Positions 47,601 through 55,154 are shown, counted from the stretch's first letter. The stretch is DNA of 64,000 nt from an uncultured Chloroflexia bacterium (GCA_963764785.1 CAVXTU010000001.1:930643-994642), one strand, 5' to 3'. Numbers and translations: made by a program. Notes: generated from the letters alone by a model not told the origin.

Positions 47601-48306
47601 GCTGGACTGGTCAGCGGCGAACGTGGGCTCCAACAACCAGGCCAAGGTGGACGACGTCGTGGTGCCCGGCAGCGACAGCATCCTGTCATCGATGCCACAG
47701 CTGCTCCAGCGGGAGTACACCTTCCCGTTCCTTGAGGGTCGCAATTTTGTCGATCAGGTCAAGGGTGGGGACTGGGCGAATGTCGACGACGCCTGGAGCC
47801 AGCCACCGGAATCGACCGAGCAGGTCATGCACCCGAACAAGTACCGAAGCGATCGACCGACCTCGATCGACCTGGATGGCGTCGCCGGCCAGCTGGGTGG
47901 TGGCTGGTCGGAGCGATGGCAGCAGACCATGGGCGAGCTCCGCATCGGCGTCTGGCTGGCTGACGGTCAGCCCGGATCCCAGCAAGGTCCCAAGGCACCG
48001 GTGAAGCTGCCCAAGGCTAACGCGGCAGCTGGATGGGGAGGCGACCGACTTGTCAGCCTCGATGGCCCCGACGGCTCATGGGCCATCGTGTGGCAGACCA
48101 AGTGGGACACATCCGAAGACGTCGGCCAGTTCATCAAGGCTGCCAACGCCGCGGTCGCGGATCTATCGGGTGCACACGCTGTCGTACAGGCCGACGTCTC
48201 TGGCGGGCTGTCGGATCCGGCGCTGGTGCTCCTGGCCAGTGACGATGCCTCGCTCTCGCAGGTCGCTGCTGCACTGGGTGTGGATGTCGGCGCCGGCGGC
48301 TCGTAG
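38638..48306 (+). CDS. Giant (3222 aa) single-pass membrane protein: acidic low-complexity N-terminus, one TM helix, ~38-40 tandem PASTA domains, C-terminal domain homologous to the 37134 protein
   Basis: TM PILLVGGILVGAFIVALAIVLILF. The repeated 68-aa unit VPDLVDSPEADVAAALDAVGLVAGDRTEAADESIVAGNVISTDPSAASEVDPGSAVAYVVSTGPAQ fits the PASTA consensus (vPdvvG...A...L...Gl.v....e.s...gkVisq.P.aG..v..gs.v.l.vS.Gp). The single frame is uninterrupted. Confidence 0.8.
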   Translation: MTDEKPDTGDPTESTDLSPAPPDPQTPDAAAEEVTGEPDADAVDPGSDSVPEGATEPDADTPATDSAADLDPAAESSAGPAAEVGAEADADAETDAETDADLEADAETDADPEADADGGNESDAAQSIEAADTDVAAVAGAGVAGAAWTTTPVAPDPEATEAALAALAAGPEVTLEPPDGPPPPPPPGDEPQDEGTPILLVGGILVGAFIVALAIVLILFRPFDSGGNAIPSPSPITTEAPSASPSAITFVDTPEFIGGTLEEAELKAGDYGLVVRANPVEDDKVSPNTVIDQDPGPGESVEVGTTIELSVAVPVPTHPVPDVVNMSQADAIDAIEEAGLAVGDISNETSDKIVAGNVIDTDPAVATELPLGSSIDLVVSTGPAQVAVPDLVDSPEADVAAALDAVGLVAGDRTEAADESIVAGNVISTDPSAASEVDPGSAVAYVVSTGPAQVAVPDLVDSPEADVAAALDAVGLVAGDRTEAADESIVAGNVISTDPSAASEVDPGSAVAYVVSTGPAQVAVPDLVDSPEADVAAALDAVGLVAGDRTEAADESIVAGNVISTDPSAASEVDPGSAVAYVVSTGPAQVAVPDLVDSPEADVAAALDAVGLVAGDRTEAADESIVAGNVISTDPSAASEVDPGSAVAYVVSTGPAQVAVPDLVDSPEADVAAALDAVGLVAGDRTEAADESIVAGNVISTDPSAASEVDPGSAVAYVVSTGPAQVAVPDLVDSPEADVAAALDAVGLVAGDRTEAADESIVAGNVISTDPSAASEVDPGSAVAYVVSTGPAQVAVPDLVDSPEADVAAALDAVGLVAGDRTEAADESIVAGNVISTDPSAASEVDPGSAVAYVVSTGPAQVAVPDLVDSPEADVAAALDAVGLVAGDRTEAADESIVAGNVISTDPSAASEVDPGSAVAYVVSTGPAQVAVPDLVDSPEADVAAALDAVGLVAGDRTEAADESIVAGNVISTDPSAASEVDPGSAVAYVVSTGPAQVAVPDLVDSPEADVAAALDAVGLVAGDRTEAADESIVAGNVISTDPSAASEVDPGSAVAYVVSTGPAQVAVPDLVDSPEADVAAALDAVGLVAGDRTEAADESIVAGNVISTDPSAASEVDPGSAVAYVVSTGPAQVAVPDLVDSPEADVAAALDAVGLVAGDRTEAADESIVAGNVISTDPSAASEVDPGSAVAYVVSTGPAQVAVPDLVDSPEADVAAALDAVGLVAGDRTEAADESIVAGNVISTDPSAASEVDPGSAVAYVVSTGPAQVAVPDLVDSPEADVAAALDAVGLVAGDRTEAADESIVAGNVISTDPSAASEVDPGSAVAYVVSTGPAQVAVPDLVDSPEADVAAALDAVGLVAGDRTEAADESIVAGNVISTDPSAASEVDPGSAVAYVVSTGPAQVAVPDLVDSPEADVAAALDAVGLVAGDRTEAADESIVAGNVISTDPSAASEVDPGSAVAYVVSTGPAQVAVPDLVDSPEADVAAALDAVGLVAGDRTEAADESIVAGNVISTDPSAASEVDPGSAVAYVVSTGPAQVAVPDLVDSPEADVAAALDAVGLVAGDRTEAADESIVAGNVISTDPSAASEVDPGSAVAYVVSTGPAQVAVPDLVDSPEADVAAALDAVGLVAGDRTEAADESIVAGNVISTDPSAASEVDPGSAVAYVVSTGPAQVAVPDLVDSPEADVAAALDAVGLVAGDRTEAADESIVAGNVISTDPSAASEVDPGSAVAYVVSTGPAQVAVPDLVDSPEADVAAALDAVGLVAGDRTEAADESIVAGNVISTDPSAASEVDPGSAVAYVVSTGPAQVAVPDLVDSPEADVAAALDAVGLVAGDRTEAADESIVAGNVISTDPSAASEVDPGSAVAYVVSTGPAQVETPDVRGMSLEDAQAEAELSRLIMQTTDVETNDVPPDTIVSQDPVGGTLVDVGSTIVVSVAVAIPPVAVPDVRNLAETDAIGAIQSAGLSVEQVDERTNATVPAGEAVRTEPAAGEMLEVGSSVVLVMSKGPKQVEVPDITGLSEDDAIGALQGAELTAGEATQQFSDAVAAGDVISSDPAAGATVDAASTVDYVVSQGVEQVEVPDLSGPAADADQTLIDAGLVGSSSADFSGSVPVGEVISQTPAAGDIVDIGSSVDYVVSQGVEQVNVPDLSGPAADADQTLIDAGLVGSSTADFSETVPDGDVISQDPAAGEPVDIGSTVDYVVSQGPTPIVTVPNVRDVPQGDAVASIEAEGLVVGETVEQFHEKVAAGNAIKTDPAADSEVPIGSAVTLYVSSGPATVTIPEVKDTPAADAQATLEAEGLVVSTEERTNSKIAAGNAVKTDPAAGTDVEAGATVSLIVSKGPKPATVPDIVGLPRGQATSAITDAKLSVGAETVVADPSPKNTVLSQDPPAAAEVPEGTAVDYSISSGPATVTIPEVKDTPAADAQATLEAEGLVVSTEERTNSKIAAGNAVKTDPAAGTDVEAGATVSLIVSKGPKPATVPDIVGLPRGQATSAITDAKLSVGAETVVADPSPKNTVLSQDPPAAAEVPEGTAVDYSISSGPATVTIPEVKDTPAADAQATLEAEGLVVSTEERTNSKIAAGNAVKTDPAAGTDVEAGATVSLIVSKGPKPATVPDIVGLPRGQATSAITDAKLSVGAETVVADPSPKNTVLSQDPPAAAEVPEGTAVDYSISSGPATVTIPEVKDTPAADAQATLEAEGLVVSTEERTNSKIAAGNAVKTDPAAGTDVEAGATVSLIVSKGPKPATVPDIVGMPEADAISALQAANLVPGTPTEVIDESVPAGQVIAQDPNSGTSVPQGTTVDYTISAGASVEPRGAGGSLDNPTLSAQLDEVASTVPDIRQLALGNTPYDGANRAAQESLLSERSAVMYDPSTLGQEQEALARMGLLGSGDDLAALLDELYGQSLPIAYIEQRGRQSILQSIDKFSVAQRAEAAREFGRAATSQAFGSDAIGVGDATNGDQALAGVALQQGDGTVVMLDWSAANVGSNNQAKVDDVVVPGSDSILSSMPQLLQREYTFPFLEGRNFVDQVKGGDWANVDDAWSQPPESTEQVMHPNKYRSDRPTSIDLDGVAGQLGGGWSERWQQTMGELRIGVWLADGQPGSQQGPKAPVKLPKANAAAGWGGDRLVSLDGPDGSWAIVWQTKWDTSEDVGQFIKAANAAVADLSGAHAVVQADVSGGLSDPALVLLASDDASLSQVAAALGVDVGAGGS
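39777..44265 (+). repeat. 22 head-to-tail copies of a 204-bp unit (one PASTA domain each), apparently 100% identical at nucleotide level
   Basis: The junction 20-mer caccggcccggcccaggtgg recurs at exactly 39777+204n for n=0..22 (checked position by position). Confidence 0.85.
45481..46920 (+). repeat. ~3.6 copies of a 402-bp unit (two PASTA domains per unit), near-identical
   Basis: tccggtccggccacggtcaccatccccgaggtcaaggac recurs at 45481, 45883, 46285 and 46687; the protein unit is 134 aa. Confidence 0.8.
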
Positions 48307-48329
48307 GGCCGGCAACGCTCTTCGTTTGG

Positions 48330-50024
48330 TTACATCGACTCAGGGGCCGAGATCCCGAGCAATGCCAGAGCGTTTCGGAGGGTCGATCGTGTCACTGCCA
48401 CCAGCGCGAGGCGGCTGGCACTCGTAGTCGGATCGTCCGGGTCGATGACGCGGCGGTCGCGATAGTAGGCATGGAAGGTGGTGGCCAGCTCCATGGCGTA
48501 GGTGGTCACACCTTGTGTCTCCTCGGAGTGGGCGGCATCCTCCACGACTTCTGGCAATCGCAGGACCTCGCGGGCCAGTCCCGCTGCGACGTCGTCGCCG
48601 TCGAGTGCACCCGCGAAGCTCGCTGCGGGCATCAGCCCCGACACCTCGGCCTTGGCCAGGATGGAGCTGATTCGAGCGTGCGCATACTGCACGTAATACA
48701 CCGGGTTCTCAGACGACTGCTTGCGGGCAAGCTCGATATCCACATCGATCGGCGAGCTGGCGCCGCGTGATGCGAATGACCAGCGTGCCCCGTCCACCCC
48801 GACCTCTTCGAGCAGCTCATCAAGCGTCAGGAATTCCCCCGAGCGTTTGCTCATGGGGATCTCTTTGCCGTCGCGGATGAAGCGCACCCACGCGACCATC
48901 AGCATCTCGACCGCCTCCTGGTCGAAGCCCATGGCCTGAGCGGCATTGCGAACGCGGGCCACGGTGCCGTGGTGGTCGGCCCCCCACACATAGATGAGCT
49001 TGTCGTACCCGCGACTGAACTTCTCGGCGACGTACCCGATATCGGACGCGAAGTAGGTCGGCTCGCCCGTTGACCGGTAGATGACGCGGTCCTTGTCGTC
49101 ACCGAACGTCGTAGAGCGAAACCACGTCGCGTCCTCATGCTCGAAGATATGGCCGCCCGCACGCAGCTTGTCCACGCCTCGGCTCACCCACCCCTCATCG
49201 TGGAGACTGGCTTCGCTCTTCCAGATATCGAAGTGAACGCCGAGGCGTTCCAGGCTGGCTTCGATCCCATCGCGGATGCGCGCACCAGCCCACTCGCCGA
49301 CCACACGGTCGCGGTCGGCTCCCGGGGCGCTGGCGACGTCCCAGACCTCGGCCGGCATGTCGGCAACCAGATCATCGACATATTCGCCGCGGTAAGCCTC
49401 CTCCGGCAGGTCCTCGCCGAGCTTCCGCGCGGCCACTGAGCTGCCCAGGATGCGCACCTGGCGCCCCGAGTCGTTGAAGTAGTACTCCCGTGTGACGCGG
49501 TGCCCGCCACCCTCGAGAACTCGGCACAGGAGATCGCCCACGAAGGCTCCACGCGCGTTGCCGACCGTCAGCGGACCAGTCGGATTGGCCGACACGAATT
49601 CGACGTTCACATGGAGCGGGTCTTCAGGCGTGACTTGACCGAAGTCACTGCCAGCAGCTCGCGCCTCGTCGAGGATACCTTCGAGCCAAGTGGGCGAGAG
49701 GCGCATATTGAGAAAGCCCGGCGGAGCGACGCTGACGTCCGAGAGCGTCGTTCCAGCCGACACCGCCTGCAGCGATGTCGCGAGTGCTTCCGCGATCTGC
49801 AGTGGTGATCGCCGCATCGGGCGGGCCAGCTTCATGGCCAGGTTCGTTGCCACGTCGCCGTGATCCGGATTCCCCGGTCGCTCCACTTCGATCTTGGGGC
49901 GATCGACCGCATCGACTTGCGGAACCGAACCTTCTCGTGTCGCCTCTTCCCATGCGTCCTGGATGGTCGATCGCACTCGGGACCGGACCGAGAGTACCGC
50001 CGGAGCCTCGTGGTCGAGGGTCAC
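48330..50024 (-). CDS. argS: Arginine--tRNA ligase
   Basis: Class I HIGH context PNPTGPLTVGNARGAFVGD and the KMSKS-like MSKRSG motif. Confidence 0.9.
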   Translation of the reverse strand: MTLDHEAPAVLSVRSRVRSTIQDAWEEATREGSVPQVDAVDRPKIEVERPGNPDHGDVATNLAMKLARPMRRSPLQIAEALATSLQAVSAGTTLSDVSVAPPGFLNMRLSPTWLEGILDEARAAGSDFGQVTPEDPLHVNVEFVSANPTGPLTVGNARGAFVGDLLCRVLEGGGHRVTREYYFNDSGRQVRILGSSVAARKLGEDLPEEAYRGEYVDDLVADMPAEVWDVASAPGADRDRVVGEWAGARIRDGIEASLERLGVHFDIWKSEASLHDEGWVSRGVDKLRAGGHIFEHEDATWFRSTTFGDDKDRVIYRSTGEPTYFASDIGYVAEKFSRGYDKLIYVWGADHHGTVARVRNAAQAMGFDQEAVEMLMVAWVRFIRDGKEIPMSKRSGEFLTLDELLEEVGVDGARWSFASRGASSPIDVDIELARKQSSENPVYYVQYAHARISSILAKAEVSGLMPAASFAGALDGDDVAAGLAREVLRLPEVVEDAAHSEETQGVTTYAMELATTFHAYYRDRRVIDPDDPTTSASRLALVAVTRSTLRNALALLGISAPESM

Positions 50025-50788
50025 CGCGGCTCGCCGATCTGGACGACCAGCTCCGGCACTGCTAGTTGCACTGACCCCGGGAAGATCCTGGATGCGGCCT
50101 CGAGCGCCGCCCCGGGATCGTGTGCTTCAAGGATATGGGTCAGGATCAGGTGATCAGCTCCACCTCTTCGCGCGACATCGGCCGCCTGCTCGGCGCTGAG
50201 ATGATTGGCGCTGGCGATGGGCTCCTGCGTGGACCAAAACGCCTCACAGAGGACCGTGTCGCCCGCATGGATGAGCGGAAGCAGGTCGTCGGCCCGCCCG
50301 CAGTCGCCGCTGTACACGAGCCCCGGGCCATCTGGCTCCTCGCGGTCCGTGACCCTGAACGCATAGCTGTGCAGCGAGTGCGTGACCGGGTGTGCCTGGA
50401 GGATGAACGGCCCGATGACGCGAACGCCTTCGACTAGCTCCGGTCCCACGAGGATATCGAGGAAACCAGGTTCGCCAAGGAAGGCATCGTAGCGGCGGCG
50501 AAGCTCGTCGGGCACGTGCAGGCCAACGCTCCGTGGTTCCCCATAGTGGTAGTACAGCAGGTTGCGCAACGGAATGAGGTCGACGTGGTGATCGCCGTGC
50601 ATGTGGCTGACGACGATGGCTGTGATGGTCGAGGAATCCCGGTGGGGGAACACCGATCCAAGTGATCCCTGACCCAGGTCGAGCAGGATGGCTTCGTCGC
50701 CATGCTCGACCATGTATGACGAGGATGGCCGTCCGGGGTGTTCCGACCAGGCGGCCGATGAGCCCAGGACGGTGAGCTTCAGGCCCAC
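50021..50788 (-). CDS. MBL-fold metallo-hydrolase (RNase Z/ElaC-like)
   Basis: VVSHMHGDHHVDLIPL (HxHxDH). Confidence 0.65.
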   Translation of the reverse strand: MGLKLTVLGSSAAWSEHPGRPSSSYMVEHGDEAILLDLGQGSLGSVFPHRDSSTITAIVVSHMHGDHHVDLIPLRNLLYYHYGEPRSVGLHVPDELRRRYDAFLGEPGFLDILVGPELVEGVRVIGPFILQAHPVTHSLHSYAFRVTDREEPDGPGLVYSGDCGRADDLLPLIHAGDTVLCEAFWSTQEPIASANHLSAEQAADVARRGGADHLILTHILEAHDPGAALEAASRIFPGSVQLAVPELVVQIGEPR

Positions 50789-50829
50789 GACGATACAGGG
50801 TCAAGACTCCGGATCACGTTCCTGCTCCC

Positions 50830-51747
50830 CTATGTGCTAGCCATCGTCCCGTTCGCCAGTCTGACCGCGACGCCGGCCGCTTCGGTGATGCGATCCGGTA
50901 GCACCACGATACCGGCTTCGTGCGCATCCGCCCAGTGTGCATGCTTGCCGCCGACAGCAAGGACCGGGCTATGGCCAAGGCCCCGCAGCGCATGCGCGAC
51001 TGCGAGTGCAGCGGTCTGGTCCTCGCGCTGAACGACGGCGATGATGGCGACACGCGCACGGTTCTGCTCGATGACGTGAACCCAGCTGTTGACCGGTACG
51101 TCAGGGCCCAGATACAGCACGCCCACGCCCTGGCGGCGCACCGCCACTGAGAATGCCAGGGCACCCAATTCGTGCCGCGCCTTCGGCGGAAGGCCCACCA
51201 CCACGAGTGGTTCGCGCACCGCACCGGCAGCCTCGTAGAGGGCCGACAAGCGGCGGTGTACTGCCGCGCTCGCGGCATGCTCGGCGGCCACGTCGAGCTC
51301 TCCCGCGATCCATGCCTGGCCAAGCGCCACGAGAGCGGGCATCAACAGGTCGTCGACGATGGCTTCGAAACTGCCCTGGGCGAAGATCTCGTCGAGCGCC
51401 GCCCCGGTCGCCGCGATGTCCATGGCCTTGGCGGCTTCGGTGAAGCGGCCGATCAGCTCGGCTTGCCGTGCGTGTGCGGCGTCACCGCTCAGCGGCACCG
51501 AAGTGAGGTCAGGCGTGGGCGCGAGTTCCACCTCTCCGGCGAGTACGGCGCGACTGGCTTCGCTCGCAGTCCAGCCCGACTCGGTCAGTTCCCGGACACG
51601 GACAAGGGTCGCGATGGCGTCGTCGTCGTAGAGCCGGTAGCCCGACGGGGTTCGCTGCGGACTGACGACGCCGTAGCGCCGCTCCCACGCGCGGATCAGG
51701 GGAACGCTGACGCCGGACCGGATGGAGGCCTGCTTAATGCTGTACAT
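50830..51747 (-). CDS. litR: MerR-family regulator with C-terminal cobalamin-binding domain (LitR/CarH-type light-responsive regulator); probable start MYSIKQ at 51747
   Basis: N-term MYSIKQASIRSGVSVPLIRAWERRYGVVSP (MerR HTH). The C-term LVVVGLPPKARHELGALAFSVAVRRQGVGVLYLG...AIIAVV...LAVGG is a B12-binding Rossmann-like domain carrying the cobalamin His-ligand (DxHxxG-like) segment PKARHELGA. Confidence 0.7.
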   Translation of the reverse strand: MYSIKQASIRSGVSVPLIRAWERRYGVVSPQRTPSGYRLYDDDAIATLVRVRELTESGWTASEASRAVLAGEVELAPTPDLTSVPLSGDAAHARQAELIGRFTEAAKAMDIAATGAALDEIFAQGSFEAIVDDLLMPALVALGQAWIAGELDVAAEHAASAAVHRRLSALYEAAGAVREPLVVVGLPPKARHELGALAFSVAVRRQGVGVLYLGPDVPVNSWVHVIEQNRARVAIIAVVQREDQTAALAVAHALRGLGHSPVLAVGGKHAHWADAHEAGIVVLPDRITEAAGVAVRLANGTMAST

Positions 51748-51850
51748 CGTTTGTGCAATATAGCACGGCTTCGTTCCGTGACAAACACTTGACAATCATT
51801 GTACATATGCCCTATCCTCCGGGCATCAGGTACTACAAAGCCTGTACATA
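51739..51850. promoter_or_regulatory. Divergent promoter region with TGTACA-containing direct repeats (candidate LitR/CarH operator)
   Basis: TGTACA at 51740, 51800 and 51844, and ttgacaatcat-tgtacatatgc at 11-bp register; it lies between litR (-) and the DUF4397 genes (+). Confidence 0.5.
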
Positions 51851-52012
51851 GGACGAGTGAATGAGAGGAGAGTCGAACGAATGACCCATCGGTGGCCCGC
51901 TTAGGGACACACAACGCGGGGCGCAGAGCGCCTCATCCAGCTACACGGGGACCCTTGGGCGCCTCGACGTACCTACCAACCCCACATCCCTCCCGAAAGG
52001 ACACCACGCTTC

Positions 52013-52639
52013 ATGCGCAAGAACAAGGTTCAGATCCTCGCCACGACGGCTGCTCTCGCCGCCCTCATGGCCATCCCTGTCGCGACGACCGCTCAGGACG
52101 AGTCCATGGCTCCGACCGACGAGAACGCGATGGTGCGCGTCGGCCACTTCAGCCCTGACGCACCCGCCGTCGACATCTACGCCAACGGTGCCATCCTCGC
52201 GGGCCTCGAGGGCGTCGAGTTCGGCACACTCTCCGGTTACATCGAAGTGCCTGCGGACACCTACTCGATCGCGGTCGTGGTCGCCGGTCAGGACCCGGCT
52301 GACGCCACCGTGATCGGCCCCGCGGACATCCCTCTCGAGGCTGGTTCGAAGTCCACCATCGCCGCGACCGGTTTCGTCGCTGACATCGCTCCGGTCATCC
52401 TGAACGACAACGTCGACCTCACGGAGGGCCAGGCCCAGGTGCGCATCGTGCACTTCAGCCCGGACGCCCCTGCCGTCGACGTGGCGCCTGATGGCGCTGA
52501 CGCCCTCCTGACCGACCTGGCCTTCCCGAACGACACCGGCTATGTCGCGCTTGACGCTGGTGAATACGATCTCGAGGTCCGTGTCGCGGGTACCGAGGAC
52601 GTCGCCATCCAGCTGGACTCCCCTCGCGCTCGACGGTGA
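52013..52639 (+). CDS. DUF4397 secreted repeat protein, copy 1 of 3; C-terminal part frameshifted (1-nt insertion near 52615, ctggactcccc vs ctggatcccc in copies 2/3)
   Basis: Signal peptide MRKNKVQILATTAALAALMA; repeated VRVGHFSPDAPAVDIYANG / VRIVHFSPDAPAVDVAPDG motifs (DUF4397). The alternate frame 52542..52766 encodes the expected C-terminus. Confidence 0.6.
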   Translation: MRKNKVQILATTAALAALMAIPVATTAQDESMAPTDENAMVRVGHFSPDAPAVDIYANGAILAGLEGVEFGTLSGYIEVPADTYSIAVVVAGQDPADATVIGPADIPLEAGSKSTIAATGFVADIAPVILNDNVDLTEGQAQVRIVHFSPDAPAVDVAPDGADALLTDLAFPNDTGYVALDAGEYDLEVRVAGTEDVAIQLDSPRARR

Positions 52640-52802
52640 TACCGCCTACAGCGTCTTCGCCATCGGCTCGCTCGCCGACGGCACACTCACCGCTCTGCCG
52701 GTCGTCGATGCGACCGCCATCATGGGCGACGAGATGGCCGCTGAGTCCCCTGAGGCCAGCGAATAGCCAAGCATCCAACCCCCTTGATCCTGCCTGGTGG
52801 TC

Positions 52803-52831
52803 CGGTTTTGCCGGACCGCCAGGCTCCTTCA
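52803..52831 (+). terminator. Stem-loop cctggtggtccggttttgccggaccgccagg after copy 1 (repeated after copy 2 at ~53666..53694)
   Basis: Perfect 12-bp inverted repeat with a tttt loop. Confidence 0.45.
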
Positions 52832-52855
52832 TACCAATAGGGAACACACGACTCA

Positions 52856-53629
52856 TGACAAAGCAAGGTTCGGTCGGTCGCAAGAACAAGGTTCGAGATC
52901 CTCGCCACGACGGCTGCTCTCGCCGCCCTCATGGCCATCCCTGTCGCGACGACCGCTCAGGACGAGTCCATGGCTCCGACCGACGAGAACGCGATGGTGC
53001 GCGTCGGCCACTTCAGCCCTGACGCACCCGCCGTCGACATCTACGCCAACGGTGCCATCCTCGCGGGCCTCGAGGGCGTCGAGTTCGGCACACTCTCCGG
53101 TTACATCGAAGTGCCTGCGGACACCTACTCGATCGCGGTCGTGGTCGCCGGTCAGGACCCGGCTGACGCCACCGTCATCGGCCCCGCGGACATCCCTCTC
53201 GAGGCTGGTTCGAAGTCCACCATCGCCGCGACCGGTTTCGTCGCTGACATCGCTCCGGTCATCCTGAACGACAACGTCGACCTCACGGAGGGCCAGGCCC
53301 AGGTGCGCATCGTGCACTTCAGCCCGGACGCCCCTGCCGTCGACGTGGCGCCTGATGGCGCTGACGCCCTCCTGACCGACCTGGCCTTCCCGAACGACAC
53401 CGGCTATGTCGCGCTTGACGCTGGTGAATACGATCTCGAGGTCCGTGTCGCGGGTACCGAGGACGTCGCCATCCAGCTGGATCCCCTCGCGCTCGACGGT
53501 GATACCGCCTACAGCGTCTTCGCCATCGGCTCGCTCGCCGACGGCACACTCACCGCTCTGCCGGTCGTCGATGCGACCGCCATCATGGGCGACGAGATGG
53601 CCGCTGAGTCCCCTGAGGCCAGCGAATAG
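52856..53629 (+). pseudogene. DUF4397 protein copy 2; 1-nt insertion (aaggttcGagatcc) disrupts the signal-peptide region relative to copy 3
   Basis: ATG 52856 MTKQGSVGRKNKV then a frame change. Track ORF 52931..53629 starts at the internal Met and lacks a signal peptide. Confidence 0.5.
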
Positions 53630-53717
53630 CCAAGCATCCAACCCCCTTGATCCTGCCTGGTGGTCCGGTTTTGCCGGACCGCCAGGCTCCTTCATACCAA
53701 TAGGGAACACACGACTC

Positions 53718-55061
53718 ATGACAAAGCAAGGTTCGGTCGGTCGCAAGAACAAGGTTCAGATCCTCGCCACGACGGCTGCTCTCGCCGCCCTCATGGCCAT
53801 CCCTGTCGCGACGACCGCTCAGGACGAGTCCATGGCTCCGACCGACGAGAACGCGATGGTGCGCGTCGGCCACTTCAGCCCTGACGCACCCGCCGTCGAC
53901 ATCTACGCCAACGGTGCCATCCTCGCGGGCCTCGAGGGCGTCGAGTTCGGCACACTCTCCGGTTACATCGAAGTGCCTGCGGACACCTACTCGATCGCGG
54001 TCGTGGTCGCCGGTCAGGACCCGGCTGACGCCACCGTGATCGGCCCCGCGGACATCCCTCTCGAGGCTGGTTCGAAGTCCACCATCGCCGCGACCGGTTT
54101 CGTCGCTGACATCGCTCCGGTCATCCTGAACGACAACGTCGACCTCACGGAGGGCCAGGCCCAGGTGCGCATCGTGCACTTCAGCCCGGACGCCCCTGCC
54201 GTCGACGTGGCGCCTGATGGCGCTGACGCCCTCCTGACCGACCTGGCCTTCCCGAACGACACCGGCTATGTCGCGCTTGACGCTGGTGAATACGATCTCG
54301 AGGTCCGTGTCGCGGGTACCGAGGACGTCGCCATCCAGCTGGATCCCCTCGCGCTCGACGGTGATACCGCCTACAGCGTCTTCGCCATCGGCTCGCTCGC
54401 CGACGGCACACTCACCGCTCTGCCGGTCGTCGATGCGACCGCCATCATGGGCGACGAGATGGCCCGGGTTCGCGTGGGTCACTTCAGCGCTGACGCCCCC
54501 AACGTGGACGTCTATGCCAATGGTGGCCTGGCTCTGTCGGATGTCCCGTTCGGAGCGCTCTCCGGGTACCTTGAGGTCCCAGCTGGCACATATCGGTTCC
54601 AGGTGGTCCCGGCCGGTAACGCTCTTGAAGATGGCCCTGTGGTCATCGATGCCGAGGTCGACCTTGAAGGTGGCACGTCCACCACGGTGGCGGCGACCAA
54701 CGACCTCGCCAACATCGCCCCGGTCGTGATCAACGACCAGGCGGTCGCGTCAGGCCTCGAGGGTGCCAAGGTCCGAGTCGTCCACTTGAGCGCCAACGCG
54801 CCCAAGGTCGACATCGCCCCCGACGGTTCCGGCAAGGCGGGTGCGATCTTCAAGAACCTGAAGTTCGGTAAGGCCAAGGGCTACGCCGACGTTCCCGCTG
54901 GCGAGGTGGACCTGGAGGTCCGACCCGCTGGCAAGAAGAAGGCCGCTTTCGACATCCCGGCGCTCAGCCTGGAAGACGGCAAGGCCTACTCGGCGTTCGC
55001 CATCGGCCAGTTTCCCGACTCCTTCGACGTGATCCTGGTCGAGGAGGCCCTGGCCAGCTAG
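53718..55061 (+). CDS. DUF4397 secreted repeat protein, copy 3 (intact, longer; extra C-terminal DUF4397 repeats)
   Basis: MTKQGSVGRKNKVQILATTAALAALMAIPVATTAQDE..., then unique repeats ARVRVGHFSADAPNVDVYANG and AKVRVVHLSANAPKVDIAPDG. The track ORF starts earlier, in an alternate frame of copy 2. Confidence 0.7.
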   Translation: MTKQGSVGRKNKVQILATTAALAALMAIPVATTAQDESMAPTDENAMVRVGHFSPDAPAVDIYANGAILAGLEGVEFGTLSGYIEVPADTYSIAVVVAGQDPADATVIGPADIPLEAGSKSTIAATGFVADIAPVILNDNVDLTEGQAQVRIVHFSPDAPAVDVAPDGADALLTDLAFPNDTGYVALDAGEYDLEVRVAGTEDVAIQLDPLALDGDTAYSVFAIGSLADGTLTALPVVDATAIMGDEMARVRVGHFSADAPNVDVYANGGLALSDVPFGALSGYLEVPAGTYRFQVVPAGNALEDGPVVIDAEVDLEGGTSTTVAATNDLANIAPVVINDQAVASGLEGAKVRVVHLSANAPKVDIAPDGSGKAGAIFKNLKFGKAKGYADVPAGEVDLEVRPAGKKKAAFDIPALSLEDGKAYSAFAIGQFPDSFDVILVEEALAS

Positions 55062-55154
55062 CGATCCATCCCTCGTGTAGGACCCAGTGGCCCCCCATTC
55101 GGGTCCTACACGAAGCACTGCGACGACTCCCACGACCTTCCGAGGAGGGATCCG

